A stretch of DNA of 64,000 nt from a bacterium (lineage in GTDB: Bacteria > Patescibacteriota > Minisyncoccia > Phycocordibacterales > UBA6899), in assembly GCA_043743715.1 (NCBI GenBank), contig JAYTWK010000015.1, positions 6,576 through 70,575 on the forward strand. Direction: 5' to 3'. The notes under the pieces were generated by a model. It was not told where the DNA came from, ran no database searches, and was given only the letters and a program-made list of their open reading frames with translations. This document shows, piece by piece, positions 31,055 through 41,807 of this stretch; position 1 is the first letter of the stretch, and each line of letters begins with the position of its first letter. A program made the translations under genes and the position numbers.

Positions 31055-32146
31055 ATGGTTATGTCCGATACGAGCAACACACAACCCCTTTCACAAACTT
31101 TTGTAAAAGAATTGATAGCCCGGGCGATACATGCACCGTCGGGTGATAATTCTCAACCGTGGCAGTTCTCTTTCGACGGCAATGCGGTAATTTTATCGAA
31201 TCTGCCCAACGCGGATGAAACACTCTACAATTTTCGTCAACGCGGATCATATGTCGCGCATGGTGCGGTGATAGAGAACTTGTCCCTCGTCGCGGGGGAG
31301 TCAGGCTATGACCTTGATATCCAGCTCTTTCCTCACATTCCCGGGGCAACTGCGAAGATATCATTTGTTCCAGGAACAAAAAGGGCCTCTGCGCTTACCC
31401 AAAAAATCGAGGAACGTGCGACGAACCGCAAGTCATATAAACAGACACCGTTTGAAAGCGGACACCGCAAGATCCTCGAGGATACGTTTGCTGGCAACAC
31501 CGGTGTACAGCTGAGATTCATTGAACAAAGAGAAGACATCGACACACTTGCAAAGACCGTAAGTCTCAACGAACAACTCCTGATGGAGAATCGTCCGCTG
31601 CATGATTTCCTCTTTAGTATCATCAGGTGGAATGCGGGAGAAGAGCGAAAGTTACCCGGACTATATCTCAAGACCATGGAGCTGCCTCCTCCGGTACAGA
31701 TCATGTTCCGTTTTGTACTCCGTCACTGGGGAGCTGTAGAAGCTCTGAATCACATCGGACTTTCCCGTTTTATTCCTAAACAAAGTGCACTGGTATACGC
31801 CGCCTCATCTGCGTTCGGCGCAATCATCTTGAGTGGAGATGCGAATGAAGACTTCGTTGCTGCTGGCAGGGCATTCCAGCGCATGTGGCTCACCGCGACT
31901 GGGGAGGGGATGAGCATACAGCCGACGACCGCACTGCCGTATCTCATGCAGCGGGTCACTGCGAATGAGGCTTCGGCATTCACACCCGAACACCGAGCGC
32001 TCATCAGTAAAGCTTACGGCAATATTTCGCGTACGTTCCATCTAGAGGGAAGAGAACATATCGCCATGCTGTTCCGCATTGGCTATGGAGATAAACCCAC
32101 CGCCGTTTCACTGAAGACCCGGCCGCCGTTCGCCGACTTCTCATAA
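31055..32146 (+). CDS. Nitroreductase-family (Acg-like) FMN-binding protein
   Basis: APSGDNSQPWQF, RATNRKSY, GRAFQRMWL.AT..G, LFRIGY. Confidence 0.85.
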   Translation: MVMSDTSNTQPLSQTFVKELIARAIHAPSGDNSQPWQFSFDGNAVILSNLPNADETLYNFRQRGSYVAHGAVIENLSLVAGESGYDLDIQLFPHIPGATAKISFVPGTKRASALTQKIEERATNRKSYKQTPFESGHRKILEDTFAGNTGVQLRFIEQREDIDTLAKTVSLNEQLLMENRPLHDFLFSIIRWNAGEERKLPGLYLKTMELPPPVQIMFRFVLRHWGAVEALNHIGLSRFIPKQSALVYAASSAFGAIILSGDANEDFVAAGRAFQRMWLTATGEGMSIQPTTALPYLMQRVTANEASAFTPEHRALISKAYGNISRTFHLEGREHIAMLFRIGYGDKPTAVSLKTRPPFADFS

Positions 32147-32149
32147 GAC

Positions 32150-33838
32150 ATGAATGTACTCATTTCTCAATTGCATAGTTCTTCACTCGATCTGATTATT
32201 CTTTTGATTGCACTTGCGATCGATATATTCCTTGCATTCATCGTCTATCTCAGCAATACAAAAAGCGCCACCAACAAGGTGTTCTCACTCCTCACTCTCT
32301 TCATGATGTTCTGGCTCGTGACGACCTATGCGCCGAGGATACCTGAATTACTGCCATACTCACTCCTCCTGCACCGGCTAGGAATATTCTTTGCCGCAGC
32401 AATGAGTGCGCTTTTTTTCCTGCTTGCGCACACAATGCCGGAAGAAAAGATTCAGCTGAAGAAACCCTGGTCCATCGCGTTCTGGATGTCGACGCTCCTG
32501 ATGATGACCCTGAACCTCTCACCATATGCATTCGTCAGCAGCACTATGGTAGACGGAGTGAGCCAGCCTCAGCCGGGCATAGGATTCATTCCATTTGCAT
32601 TTTTTTCGACATTATTCAGCATCCTTACGGTGTATGTCCTAGTTCATAAATATCGGCACTCCTCGGGGCATATCAAGCGCCAGATATGGTTGGTACTTTC
32701 GGGAATAGTCATCATGCTTGCCCTGGTCATTGCGACCATTCTTATTCCAATCATGTTCTTTGACTCACTCCAGTTCCTCTCCTTTGCGCCGCTCTATACA
32801 CTAGTATTCCTCGGCATGACCGCCTATGCCATCACCAAGTACCAACTGTTTGATATCAAAGTACTTGTCACTCAGGCGCTGACGCTCATCCTCTGTCTGA
32901 TACTTTTTGCAAAATTCTTAGGCGAAGGAAACGTCAGCGGCCGCGCTGTCGACGGTCTTCTCCTGTTTGTTGTTTCTATTTTGGGTTTCTTTCTCGTAAA
33001 AAGTGTGCGGAAGGAAGTCGAAGCACGCATTGAGATTCGTTCACTCGCAGACGAGCTCGCAGCAACCAACGTACAGCTTGAAGTCTCAAACGAGCGACTG
33101 CGCATCCTTGATCAGCGCAAGAGTGAATTCGTTTCGATTGCGTCTCATCAGCTGCGTACGCCGGTGACCGCGATGAAAGGATATTCATCACTGTTGCTTG
33201 AAAACGCGTATGGAGCACTGCCGGAGAAGATGAAAGATCCGGTAGAAAAGATATTCCGTTCGTCGGACCGCCTGGCGCTCATGATCAACGACTTCCTGAA
33301 CGTATCGAAGATCGAGCAGGGGTCGATGACCTACGCCTTTGTACCTCTTGATCTTAAGAAGATGGTCATAGACCTCGTGCAAGACTTCCACATCGTGGCT
33401 GGAGAGAAGAAGCTTGATCTTGAAACCGACATTCCTGATGGCGAGAAATTCAATGTAGTCGCGGATGAAGGAAAGATCAGGCAGATTATCTCAAACCTCA
33501 TTGATAACTCTATCAAATACACTCCAAAGGGTAGCGTACGCCTTATCCTTGCGAAAGAGCCGACACACGGCGAGGACGGTATGATACTGCTCCAGATCAA
33601 AGACACCGGTATCGGACTCTCTCAAGATGACATCCACCATCTGTTCGGCAAATTTACCCGCGGGGCAGAGGGCTCGAAAGTGAATACTTCAGGCTCCGGC
33701 CTCGGCCTGTATGTGGCGAAGAAAATGATGGAAGAGCACAAGGGAAATATTTGGGTGGATTCAGAGGGGAAAGGGAAAGGCTCGGTGTTTTGCATAGAAC
33801 TACCTGAGTTTCACAACGAGCTACCGAAGACTCCGTAA
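32150..33838 (+). CDS. Sensor histidine kinase with N-terminal multi-TM (HisKA_7TM-like) input domain
   Basis: About 9 TM helices; H-box ASHQLRTP, N-box NLIDNSIKY, G boxes DTGIG and GSGLGL. Confidence 0.92.
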   Translation: MNVLISQLHSSSLDLIILLIALAIDIFLAFIVYLSNTKSATNKVFSLLTLFMMFWLVTTYAPRIPELLPYSLLLHRLGIFFAAAMSALFFLLAHTMPEEKIQLKKPWSIAFWMSTLLMMTLNLSPYAFVSSTMVDGVSQPQPGIGFIPFAFFSTLFSILTVYVLVHKYRHSSGHIKRQIWLVLSGIVIMLALVIATILIPIMFFDSLQFLSFAPLYTLVFLGMTAYAITKYQLFDIKVLVTQALTLILCLILFAKFLGEGNVSGRAVDGLLLFVVSILGFFLVKSVRKEVEARIEIRSLADELAATNVQLEVSNERLRILDQRKSEFVSIASHQLRTPVTAMKGYSSLLLENAYGALPEKMKDPVEKIFRSSDRLALMINDFLNVSKIEQGSMTYAFVPLDLKKMVIDLVQDFHIVAGEKKLDLETDIPDGEKFNVVADEGKIRQIISNLIDNSIKYTPKGSVRLILAKEPTHGEDGMILLQIKDTGIGLSQDDIHHLFGKFTRGAEGSKVNTSGSGLGLYVAKKMMEEHKGNIWVDSEGKGKGSVFCIELPEFHNELPKTP

Positions 33839-33861
33839 CTCTGCTAAAATCGCTCTATTAT
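33833..33861 (+). repeat. Left copy of a 29-bp direct repeat containing an extended -10 box
   Basis: CCGTAACTCTGCTAAAATCGCTCTATTAT, 27/29 identical to 35967-35995. Confidence 0.85.
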
Positions 33862-33882
33862 CAAATATGCCCAAAAAAGAAT

Positions 33883-34308
33883 ATGGATCTCACCATTCAA
33901 CTTGAAGGAATAAAACTAAATATACGGGTTGCGATACTTATTAAAACAGCAAAGGGGTACCTCTTTGAGAAGGGAAACAAAGGTTATTTATTTACGCTTG
34001 GAGGAAGAGTAAAGATAGGTGAAACTTCATTTGAGGCAGCAAAAAGAGAGGTGTTCGAAGAAATTGCCTATGATATTAAGAACATCAAACTTATGGCGAT
34101 TGTTGAAAATTTTTTTGGTCCTCTTGATGCACGGGTACAGGAGATCTGTTTTGTGTATAGCCATGAGGGAACAGTCGATATCAAATTGCCAGCAGAATTT
34201 GTCGAATTAAAAACATCTGAACTTGCCGACCAGGATATCAGGCCTGAGGTTATGAAAAAGATCATCGCTGAATCAAAAGATGGGATCAATCACTACATTA
34301 TTAAATAA
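33883..34308 (+). CDS. NUDIX hydrolase
   Basis: GGRVKIGETSFEAAKREVFEE Nudix box; AT-rich. Confidence 0.9.
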   Translation: MDLTIQLEGIKLNIRVAILIKTAKGYLFEKGNKGYLFTLGGRVKIGETSFEAAKREVFEEIAYDIKNIKLMAIVENFFGPLDARVQEICFVYSHEGTVDIKLPAEFVELKTSELADQDIRPEVMKKIIAESKDGINHYIIK

Positions 34309-34356
34309 CATGGTGATTCGTTTATAATTTCCCTACAACGTAAAATTTGAATTATA

Positions 34357-35235
34357 ATGGAAAATGCGAATGAAATGTTGTTTTCTAGGCACCTTGATGA
34401 AGTCGATGACCTGAAAACATACGGGCGAGACGCACCACTCGAAAGATCACCAGAAAATCACGAAAAATTAGAGAAGGCAACTGAAGCGATATATCAAAAA
34501 ATAGTTACTTCGGGTAAAAAAGCGGTACTCTTTATTACTTCTCCAAGAGTGAGGGCAACCGAAACCGCTGAACTGATCGCAATGGGATTAACGCAGAGAG
34601 ACCCTTCTCTCAAAATAAGATTTTCTTCAAATGAGGATTTGAAAGCGACTGAACAGGGAGAATTCGTGCTGCCTGATGATTACGAGCAAAATAATTTTTT
34701 TGTGGGCCTTGATATCGCATCTAAGATATTCACAAAAGAAGCTCACCTGTCGGATGAGCAAGGAATGGAGGATAATATCTCTTATCGATTTGGGGATCCA
34801 ATACAATTACCTGATGGTAGCTACAAATATCCCGAGCTAGTCGAACACTTCACTAAAACAGGCGAATCATATGCTGAGACTCTCTCACGCATTTTCAATT
34901 CTGTTCTTGAAATGAGTGGGAAGTACGACAAGCTTATGGAAGCAACGGAAGTCGTGATCGTTGCACATGGTCAAATTTATCACGTACTAAGAGGGCTGTC
35001 AGAGATTCATCGAATGATCAAAGATGGTGAGATCGAATTCAAAAAAGGCGACTCAATGAAACTTATATGGAAAATCTATAATGATTGTGATCCAAGTCAA
35101 AAAGTAACAGGAATATGTATGCCATTAGATTTTAATGCACTAAATGACCCTGCTGCCATGTCTTTGCTTGAGGGAGAAAGAGAGATATTACAAGGAGCCA
35201 CTGATTCTGATAGCCATGGACATCGAAAAACTTAG
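34357..35235 (+). CDS. Histidine phosphatase superfamily protein (divergent)
   Basis: FSRH, TSPRVRATETA, GES, VIVAHG motifs. Confidence 0.7.
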   Translation: MENANEMLFSRHLDEVDDLKTYGRDAPLERSPENHEKLEKATEAIYQKIVTSGKKAVLFITSPRVRATETAELIAMGLTQRDPSLKIRFSSNEDLKATEQGEFVLPDDYEQNNFFVGLDIASKIFTKEAHLSDEQGMEDNISYRFGDPIQLPDGSYKYPELVEHFTKTGESYAETLSRIFNSVLEMSGKYDKLMEATEVVIVAHGQIYHVLRGLSEIHRMIKDGEIEFKKGDSMKLIWKIYNDCDPSQKVTGICMPLDFNALNDPAAMSLLEGEREILQGATDSDSHGHRKT

Positions 35236-35908
35236 CCGCGAGATACCACTCTTAGGCTGCAGCGAAAATATAAAGTGCTTTTTATTATATGGTTCTTTGC
35301 TTAATAAAAACCTAGGTGACAAAAAAGACTCTGACATCATAGTTGTACTCAAAGACATGGGGGCAGATCAAAAGGAATTGGCTGATTTTATTTATAATAA
35401 TCTTCCAAATCCTGATCTTCATGTGTATTCCTCAGAAGAAGTTGAGAGTGATCTTGCATTTTATACCAGAGAATATATCCTCGAATACCTTTCAAAAGGA
35501 TATGTTTTGTATGGCGAGAACGTATTCAAGAAAAAATTCAGTCAGGTGGCAAAAAAACAATACTGTGAAAGTATTCTTATCAGATCATTTGCGCATGTAC
35601 AAATGGTCAGAAAGACATATTTTAATACCAATCACAATCTTGAATATAAATCATCTTATACTAAAAAATACATCATTAGATTATCGAAGAATATACTTCT
35701 TTTTAAGGGCCTCGAGACTTACGATAAGCTGGACATCTTGTCAGATGAACAGGTGGTGGAAATCATCCAAAAAAATGATTTACTCGATGCGGGGTATCGC
35801 TTTAATGATAATACTCAGCCACTTGAATATTTCTTTAGATTATTTTGCGATCTTGGGCATAACTTGATAGATTTTCAAAATGAATTCGCTAAAGAACAAA
35901 AAGCCTGA
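35216..35908 (+). CDS. Pol-beta-type nucleotidyltransferase with helical C-terminal domain
   Basis: LYGS...DSDIIVV...DLH motif; overlaps the upstream gene by 20 nt. Confidence 0.7.
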   Translation: MDIEKLSREIPLLGCSENIKCFLLYGSLLNKNLGDKKDSDIIVVLKDMGADQKELADFIYNNLPNPDLHVYSSEEVESDLAFYTREYILEYLSKGYVLYGENVFKKKFSQVAKKQYCESILIRSFAHVQMVRKTYFNTNHNLEYKSSYTKKYIIRLSKNILLFKGLETYDKLDILSDEQVVEIIQKNDLLDAGYRFNDNTQPLEYFFRLFCDLGHNLIDFQNEFAKEQKA

Positions 35909-35966
35909 TTTTTCGTGTCTGCCCGATATGACATACGTTTGTAATTGCTGCGTCCTACCAAATACC

Positions 35967-37055
<1,089 letters not shown>

Positions 37056-37071
37056 TGTCACTCCCACAACC

Positions 37072-38013
37072 ATGCACCCGATATCTGTGAAAGGACTGCT
37101 GTCGGTGTATCTATTTCTGCCTCTCGTCCTACTGTTCATATTCTGCGACCACTTCTTCTTCCATGGTGCAGGAAAGCATATCCTACCGCGTCACCCGGAG
37201 ACACTGCTTTGGTACACACTCCTATTTAATCTGCCGCATATCTTCACCAGCTTCTTCAGCTTCGCCGACAGGGAATATCTCGCATTCTATAAATGGCAGC
37301 TTCTCATCGGGCTTCCGCTCATCACGCTCCTTGCATTTCTTCTTCCGTCATTTGACCTCATCTCGACCGTATTCATGCTCGTCCTCTACACGCTGTACCA
37401 CAATGTGTCGCAGCAGACCGGCGTCACAATGTCGCTGATGCGTTATAAGAGTCTCGCAGTAGAGGCATGGCGATGGGTGAATATTGTCCTTGGGCTCTAT
37501 TTATATTTTCTTATCTATCCTCCCGTCGCAATACCGATACTGCAGATATATGCGACACCTATACTTCTCATGCTGTTTACGGCATCACTCTTCCTCACGC
37601 TTTCATTTCTGCGCCACAGCAAGACAATGGAAGGAAAACTCTATGCGCTCGGGACCGCCGGCATTGCAGGCATCGGCATCATCTCATTCTTCACCGGCTA
37701 TCCGTTCTTCATCGCGACGTCACTGCGCGTCGTTCACGACATCACTGCATTCATCTTCTATATCACTCATGACATGAACCGCAATCGCGAGCGCATGTAT
37801 AATTTTATTTACGCTGCGCTCCTTCCGAGCACAAAGCTCTTTATTGTCGGCATCCCACTGTATGCGATATTTTTTACATTCATCGCACAACAGGGCGGCC
37901 CTAGCCTGGTACTTCAGGCATTCTTTCTCATCTCGGTGACACATTTCTATATCGAGGGTTTCATGTGGAAAAACGGCTCTATCCATAGGCGTGAAATAGC
38001 TTTTCAGTTCTGA
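37072..38013 (+). CDS. Polytopic membrane protein with His motifs
   Basis: About 9 TM segments; LPHI, YHNVSQQ, HDITAF...HD, THFYIEG..WK. Confidence 0.75.
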   Translation: MHPISVKGLLSVYLFLPLVLLFIFCDHFFFHGAGKHILPRHPETLLWYTLLFNLPHIFTSFFSFADREYLAFYKWQLLIGLPLITLLAFLLPSFDLISTVFMLVLYTLYHNVSQQTGVTMSLMRYKSLAVEAWRWVNIVLGLYLYFLIYPPVAIPILQIYATPILLMLFTASLFLTLSFLRHSKTMEGKLYALGTAGIAGIGIISFFTGYPFFIATSLRVVHDITAFIFYITHDMNRNRERMYNFIYAALLPSTKLFIVGIPLYAIFFTFIAQQGGPSLVLQAFFLISVTHFYIEGFMWKNGSIHRREIAFQF

Positions 38014-38056
38014 CTTTGAGGTATTCTTGTATTTTTTTACGTCTTCGCTATACTCA

Positions 38057-38180
38057 TAAGACCTAGGGATTTGGATGAAATACGAGGCAGGGAGAAAGCG
38101 ACGAGGAAGACATATTCCTATATGTTGACCGAGTTGCAGAGGCTCCCTAACAAAGTAGTTCGCCAAATACGTAGGTCTTA
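38057..38180 (+). repeat. Long imperfect hairpin element, copy A
   Basis: TAAGACCTA...GGATGAAATACGAGG...AACAAAGTAGTTCGCC...TAGGTCTTA. Confidence 0.8.
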
Positions 38181-38447
38181 CGCCTATGACCCGGCAAACA
38201 CCGGAGAGGGTGAGGGAAGAACACCTGATACGTTTCGGGTTAGTAGAGCTCTCCGGAACTGCTCCGACAAGCAGATAATCAAGTTAGCATGCTCTTTAAA
38301 AAACCTATACCCATCTAATCCAAAAATTTCGACTACGACTTTTTGAAAAATGTTCGACATATCTTGATAAGACTCACATTTTTCAATTCGTCTCGTCAGA
38401 AATTTTAGAATTATCTAGGTAAGAGTTTTTTAAGAACATACTTAAAC

Positions 38448-38530
38448 CAGGGTGGCACCGCGACGAAGGAATATTTCCTAGACGCCCCTGCGAATTTATT
38501 CACATGAATGAATTTGGAGGGGCGTTTTTG
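38448..38530 (+). promoter_or_regulatory. T-box antiterminator/terminator upstream of aspS
   Basis: CAGGG-TGGCACC-GCG pairs with CGC-CCCTG; competing terminator ACGCCCCT...AGGGGCGTTTTT. Confidence 0.8.
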
Positions 38531-38560
38531 TTACCCAAATACAAGTTAAATATAAAAGAT

Positions 38561-39952
38561 ATGACAAGAACACACATTAAAGATCTGAAGGCGCATATCG
38601 GCGAAGAAGTAACTCTCAAGGGTTGGGTCGATATCCGCCGCGACCAGGGTAAACTCATCTTCATCGACTTCCGTGACATGACAGGCAAGGTGCAGATGGT
38701 CGCGCTACCAATGCACAAAGAGGCCATAGAAGCGGCGAATACCGTACGCCCCGAGTGGGTACTCGAAGTGCAGGGCAAAGTGAATGCTCGCCCAGAGAAG
38801 AATGTGAAAGCGGACGAAGAGAACGGCTCACTCGAAATAGAAGTGCTCGGAATTTCCGTACTTAGCAAAGCGGAGACGCCGCCCCTTGATGTGCGCAGCG
38901 ACGGTATGGAAATAGGTGAAGACGTACGCCTCAAGTACCGCTACCTCGACCTGCGTCGTCCGCGTATGCAGAAGAATATTCGCATGCGACACGACATCGA
39001 ACTCTTCGTACGCAACTTCCTCTCAAATGAAATGTTCACCGAGATAGAGACTCCGCTCTTGTCGAAGTCGACACCTGAAGGATCACGTGATTACTTGGTA
39101 CCAAGCCGTCTTGAGCAAGGCAAGTTCTATGCGCTGCCACAGTCTCCGCAGCAGTATAAGCAGCTGCTGATGGTCGCGGGGTTCGAGCGTTACTTCCAGT
39201 TTGCTCGCTGCATGCGCGACGAGGACACTCGCGGTGATCGTCAACCGGAATTCACCCAACTTGATATGGAAATGAGTTTTGTGGAGAGGGAAGATGTCAT
39301 GGCGCAGAATGAGAAACTGCTGATAGAGCTGGTTCAGAAAGTCGCTCCACATAAAAAGATCCAGCAGATTCCTTTCCCGCGCATGACCTACGCCGAGGCG
39401 ATGGAGAAACACGGAAACGACAAACCCGATATTCGCACCGACAAGAATGATTCTGACCTCTTGGCATTCTGCTGGGTAATTGATTTTCCGTTTTTCGAGA
39501 AAACCGATAAGGGCGGCTGGACCTTTACCCACAATCCTTTTTCTGCCGCAAAACCCGAGCACACTGACATGCTGATGAACAAAGAAAAGATTGGTGATAT
39601 TCTCACTACTCAGTACGATGTAGCGCTGAACGGTTTCGAAATTGGTGGCGGAAGCATCCGCAACCACACACCAGAGGGACTCACCAAGGTATTCGAGATT
39701 ATGGGTCACACTTCTGAAAGTATTAGTGCAAACTTCGGGCACATGCTCGAAGCATTCTCATATGGAGCGCCTCCGCACGGCGGTATTGCCTGGGGACTCG
39801 ACCGCTTGATTGCCATACTACAGAATGAGCCGAATATCCGCGAGGTCATCGCATTTGCCAAGACCGGCGAAGGCAAGGACCTGATGATGGCCGCCCCTTC
39901 GGAAGCATCAGCAGAGCAATTGGTTGAACTCGGCCTGCGAATCGTAAAATAA
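38561..39952 (+). CDS. aspS: Aspartyl-tRNA synthetase (no GAD insertion)
   Basis: RYLDLRR, LPQSPQQYKQ, RQPEFTQLD, GGGSIR, PPHGGIAWGLDR. Confidence 0.96.
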   Translation: MTRTHIKDLKAHIGEEVTLKGWVDIRRDQGKLIFIDFRDMTGKVQMVALPMHKEAIEAANTVRPEWVLEVQGKVNARPEKNVKADEENGSLEIEVLGISVLSKAETPPLDVRSDGMEIGEDVRLKYRYLDLRRPRMQKNIRMRHDIELFVRNFLSNEMFTEIETPLLSKSTPEGSRDYLVPSRLEQGKFYALPQSPQQYKQLLMVAGFERYFQFARCMRDEDTRGDRQPEFTQLDMEMSFVEREDVMAQNEKLLIELVQKVAPHKKIQQIPFPRMTYAEAMEKHGNDKPDIRTDKNDSDLLAFCWVIDFPFFEKTDKGGWTFTHNPFSAAKPEHTDMLMNKEKIGDILTTQYDVALNGFEIGGGSIRNHTPEGLTKVFEIMGHTSESISANFGHMLEAFSYGAPPHGGIAWGLDRLIAILQNEPNIREVIAFAKTGEGKDLMMAAPSEASAEQLVELGLRIVK

Positions 39953-40112
39953 GAGTTGAATTTCATTCAACTCTTGCAACGCCATCGCTCGGCTAAAGAG
40001 CAATAGAACATTGTTCTTTTCCTCGCTTGACGTAGTAACCTTTATTTTCAAGTTATCCACAAAAACCGCTCTAGAGAACGGTTTTTGGGTTTTTCCGTGA
40101 TAGAATTGACTC

Positions 40113-40913
40113 ATGGACGACACCGCAGTTTTAGACTCGCCCGAAGTATTGGGAGAAACAAAAGTAAATTATCACATCAAACACGAACAGTTTGAAGGGC
40201 CACTTGATCTTTTGCTCAATCTTATCGAAAAACGAAAGCTGTTCATCAGCGACTTTTCGCTCTCGAAAGTTGCCGACGACTACATCGAACATATTCGTCG
40301 TTTCGAAGAGTATCCAATGAACGACGTAGCGAATTTTCTTCTTGTCGCATCAACCCTGGTACTTATCAAATCAAAGACCATCCTTCCACAGCTCACACTC
40401 ACACACGAAGAAGAAGGAGATATCGATGACCTCAAGAAACGCCTCGCTATGTACGAACTCTTTCGCAATCTCGCAGGCGAGATAAAAAATGTCTACGGCA
40501 AAACCCTCATCTATGAGCGCAGCGGACGCCCGGAGCTTGTACCGGTATTTGCTCCTGATGCAAGGACAAGCATTGCGGGAGCGCACGAAGGAGTACTGCG
40601 CGTAATAGCCGCACTTCCGAAGAAAATTTCTCTACCGAAAGCTGTAGTGAAGAAAGTCATTTCACTCGAAGAGATGATGACCCGACTTGCGACACGTGTG
40701 ACGGCTGCACTTAAGACCAGCTTCTCGCAATTCTCTCGCTATACGAAAGGTAAACAGCTACAGAAGGAAGAGAAGGTCGAGGTGATCATCTCATTCCTCG
40801 CGATGCTCGAGCTGGTGAAGCAGGGGATTGTGCATGTCACGCAGCACGAGGACTATGGCGATATCGATATCGAAACTCATCAGTTCGGAATACCGAATTA
40901 TGGCAGTACGTAG
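40113..40913 (+). CDS. scpA: Segregation/condensation protein ScpA
   Basis: FEGPLDLLL, FLAMLELVK. Confidence 0.93.
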   Translation: MDDTAVLDSPEVLGETKVNYHIKHEQFEGPLDLLLNLIEKRKLFISDFSLSKVADDYIEHIRRFEEYPMNDVANFLLVASTLVLIKSKTILPQLTLTHEEEGDIDDLKKRLAMYELFRNLAGEIKNVYGKTLIYERSGRPELVPVFAPDARTSIAGAHEGVLRVIAALPKKISLPKAVVKKVISLEEMMTRLATRVTAALKTSFSQFSRYTKGKQLQKEEKVEVIISFLAMLELVKQGIVHVTQHEDYGDIDIETHQFGIPNYGST

Positions 40914-40985
40914 ATCATAGTACGTAGTTCGTAGTCTACGTATTGCATCTCACTATAGTCTACGGTCTACGTACTACGAACTAAC
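40904..40985. repeat. Inverted heptamer arrays at the 3' end of scpA
   Basis: TAGATCA TAGTACG TAGTTCG ... CTATAGT CTACGGT CTACGTA CTACGAA. Confidence 0.65.
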
Positions 40986-41055
40986 ACGCGTACTTCAACA
41001 AACGACTGATTTACGCTAGACTCTAAAAGACAGAATTAAGCCCCAAATCATAACC

Positions 41056-41802
41056 ATGGAATTAGCAAATCTCATCGAAGCCATACTGTTCTACCAAGCC
41101 GAACCGCTTTCCGCGAAACGACTTGCCACGCTTACCAAGAAAAGTGAGGGGGAAGTTTGTGATGCGCTCAAGATACTTGAAGAGAAGCTTTTGAATACCG
41201 GACTGCGACTACTGACAAACGGTGATGAGGTTGCACTCGGCACTTCACCCCTCGCAGGAGCTACTATTGAAGCAATTACCAAAGAAGAGCTTTCGAAGGA
41301 GCTTTCCAAAGCCTCGCTCGAAACGCTTGCTATCGTGCTCTATAAAGGACCCCTCACGCGCGCCGAAATAGACTACGTGAGAGGCGTGAACTCAACATTC
41401 ATTCTGAGAAATCTCCTCATTCGCGGACTGGTCGAGAAGATAGATAATCCGGGAGACCAGCGAAGCTTCCTGTACAAGCCGACATTTGCACTCCTTGAGC
41501 ACATGGGCATAACACGAATAGAAGACCTGCCCGGTTACAGCCAGACTCAATCTGCGCTTCTGGAATTCCTTGCCACACATGCAGAAGAAACAAAAGCTGA
41601 TGATGTATCGACTGAGAGTGAGGAGGCAAGCGCGCTACCCGAGACAGAGCCCGATGCTCCGGATGAAACAAGTGAATCAGGTGACGCTATGGACCCTATG
41701 AACGAGGTCATAGCGGATATCACTGAAGAAGATGAGGCGGGAGGGAATTTCGATGACCAAGCGCTCCAGGATCACCGCAAGACTGACGAAATGAGTGTCT
41801 AA
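41056..41802 (+). CDS. scpB: Segregation/condensation protein ScpB
   Basis: IEAILF, LETLAIV.Y, IDYVRGVNS; acidic tail. Confidence 0.93.
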   Translation: MELANLIEAILFYQAEPLSAKRLATLTKKSEGEVCDALKILEEKLLNTGLRLLTNGDEVALGTSPLAGATIEAITKEELSKELSKASLETLAIVLYKGPLTRAEIDYVRGVNSTFILRNLLIRGLVEKIDNPGDQRSFLYKPTFALLEHMGITRIEDLPGYSQTQSALLEFLATHAEETKADDVSTESEEASALPETEPDAPDETSESGDAMDPMNEVIADITEEDEAGGNFDDQALQDHRKTDEMSV

Positions 41803-41807
41803 ACATT

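Noticed and set aside
38190-38290. GGCAAAC-containing stem resembling a c-di-GMP-I riboswitch
   Set aside because: No GAAA tetraloop/receptor or GCAAAG motif is in register.
38071-38346. 91-aa ORF upstream of aspS
   Set aside because: It overlaps hairpin copy A and the T-box leader, starts at TTG and has no recognisable motif; probably spurious.
40053-40061. Perfect DnaA box TTATCCACA upstream of scpA
   Set aside because: A single box with no cluster or unwinding element; not enough to call oriC or regulation.
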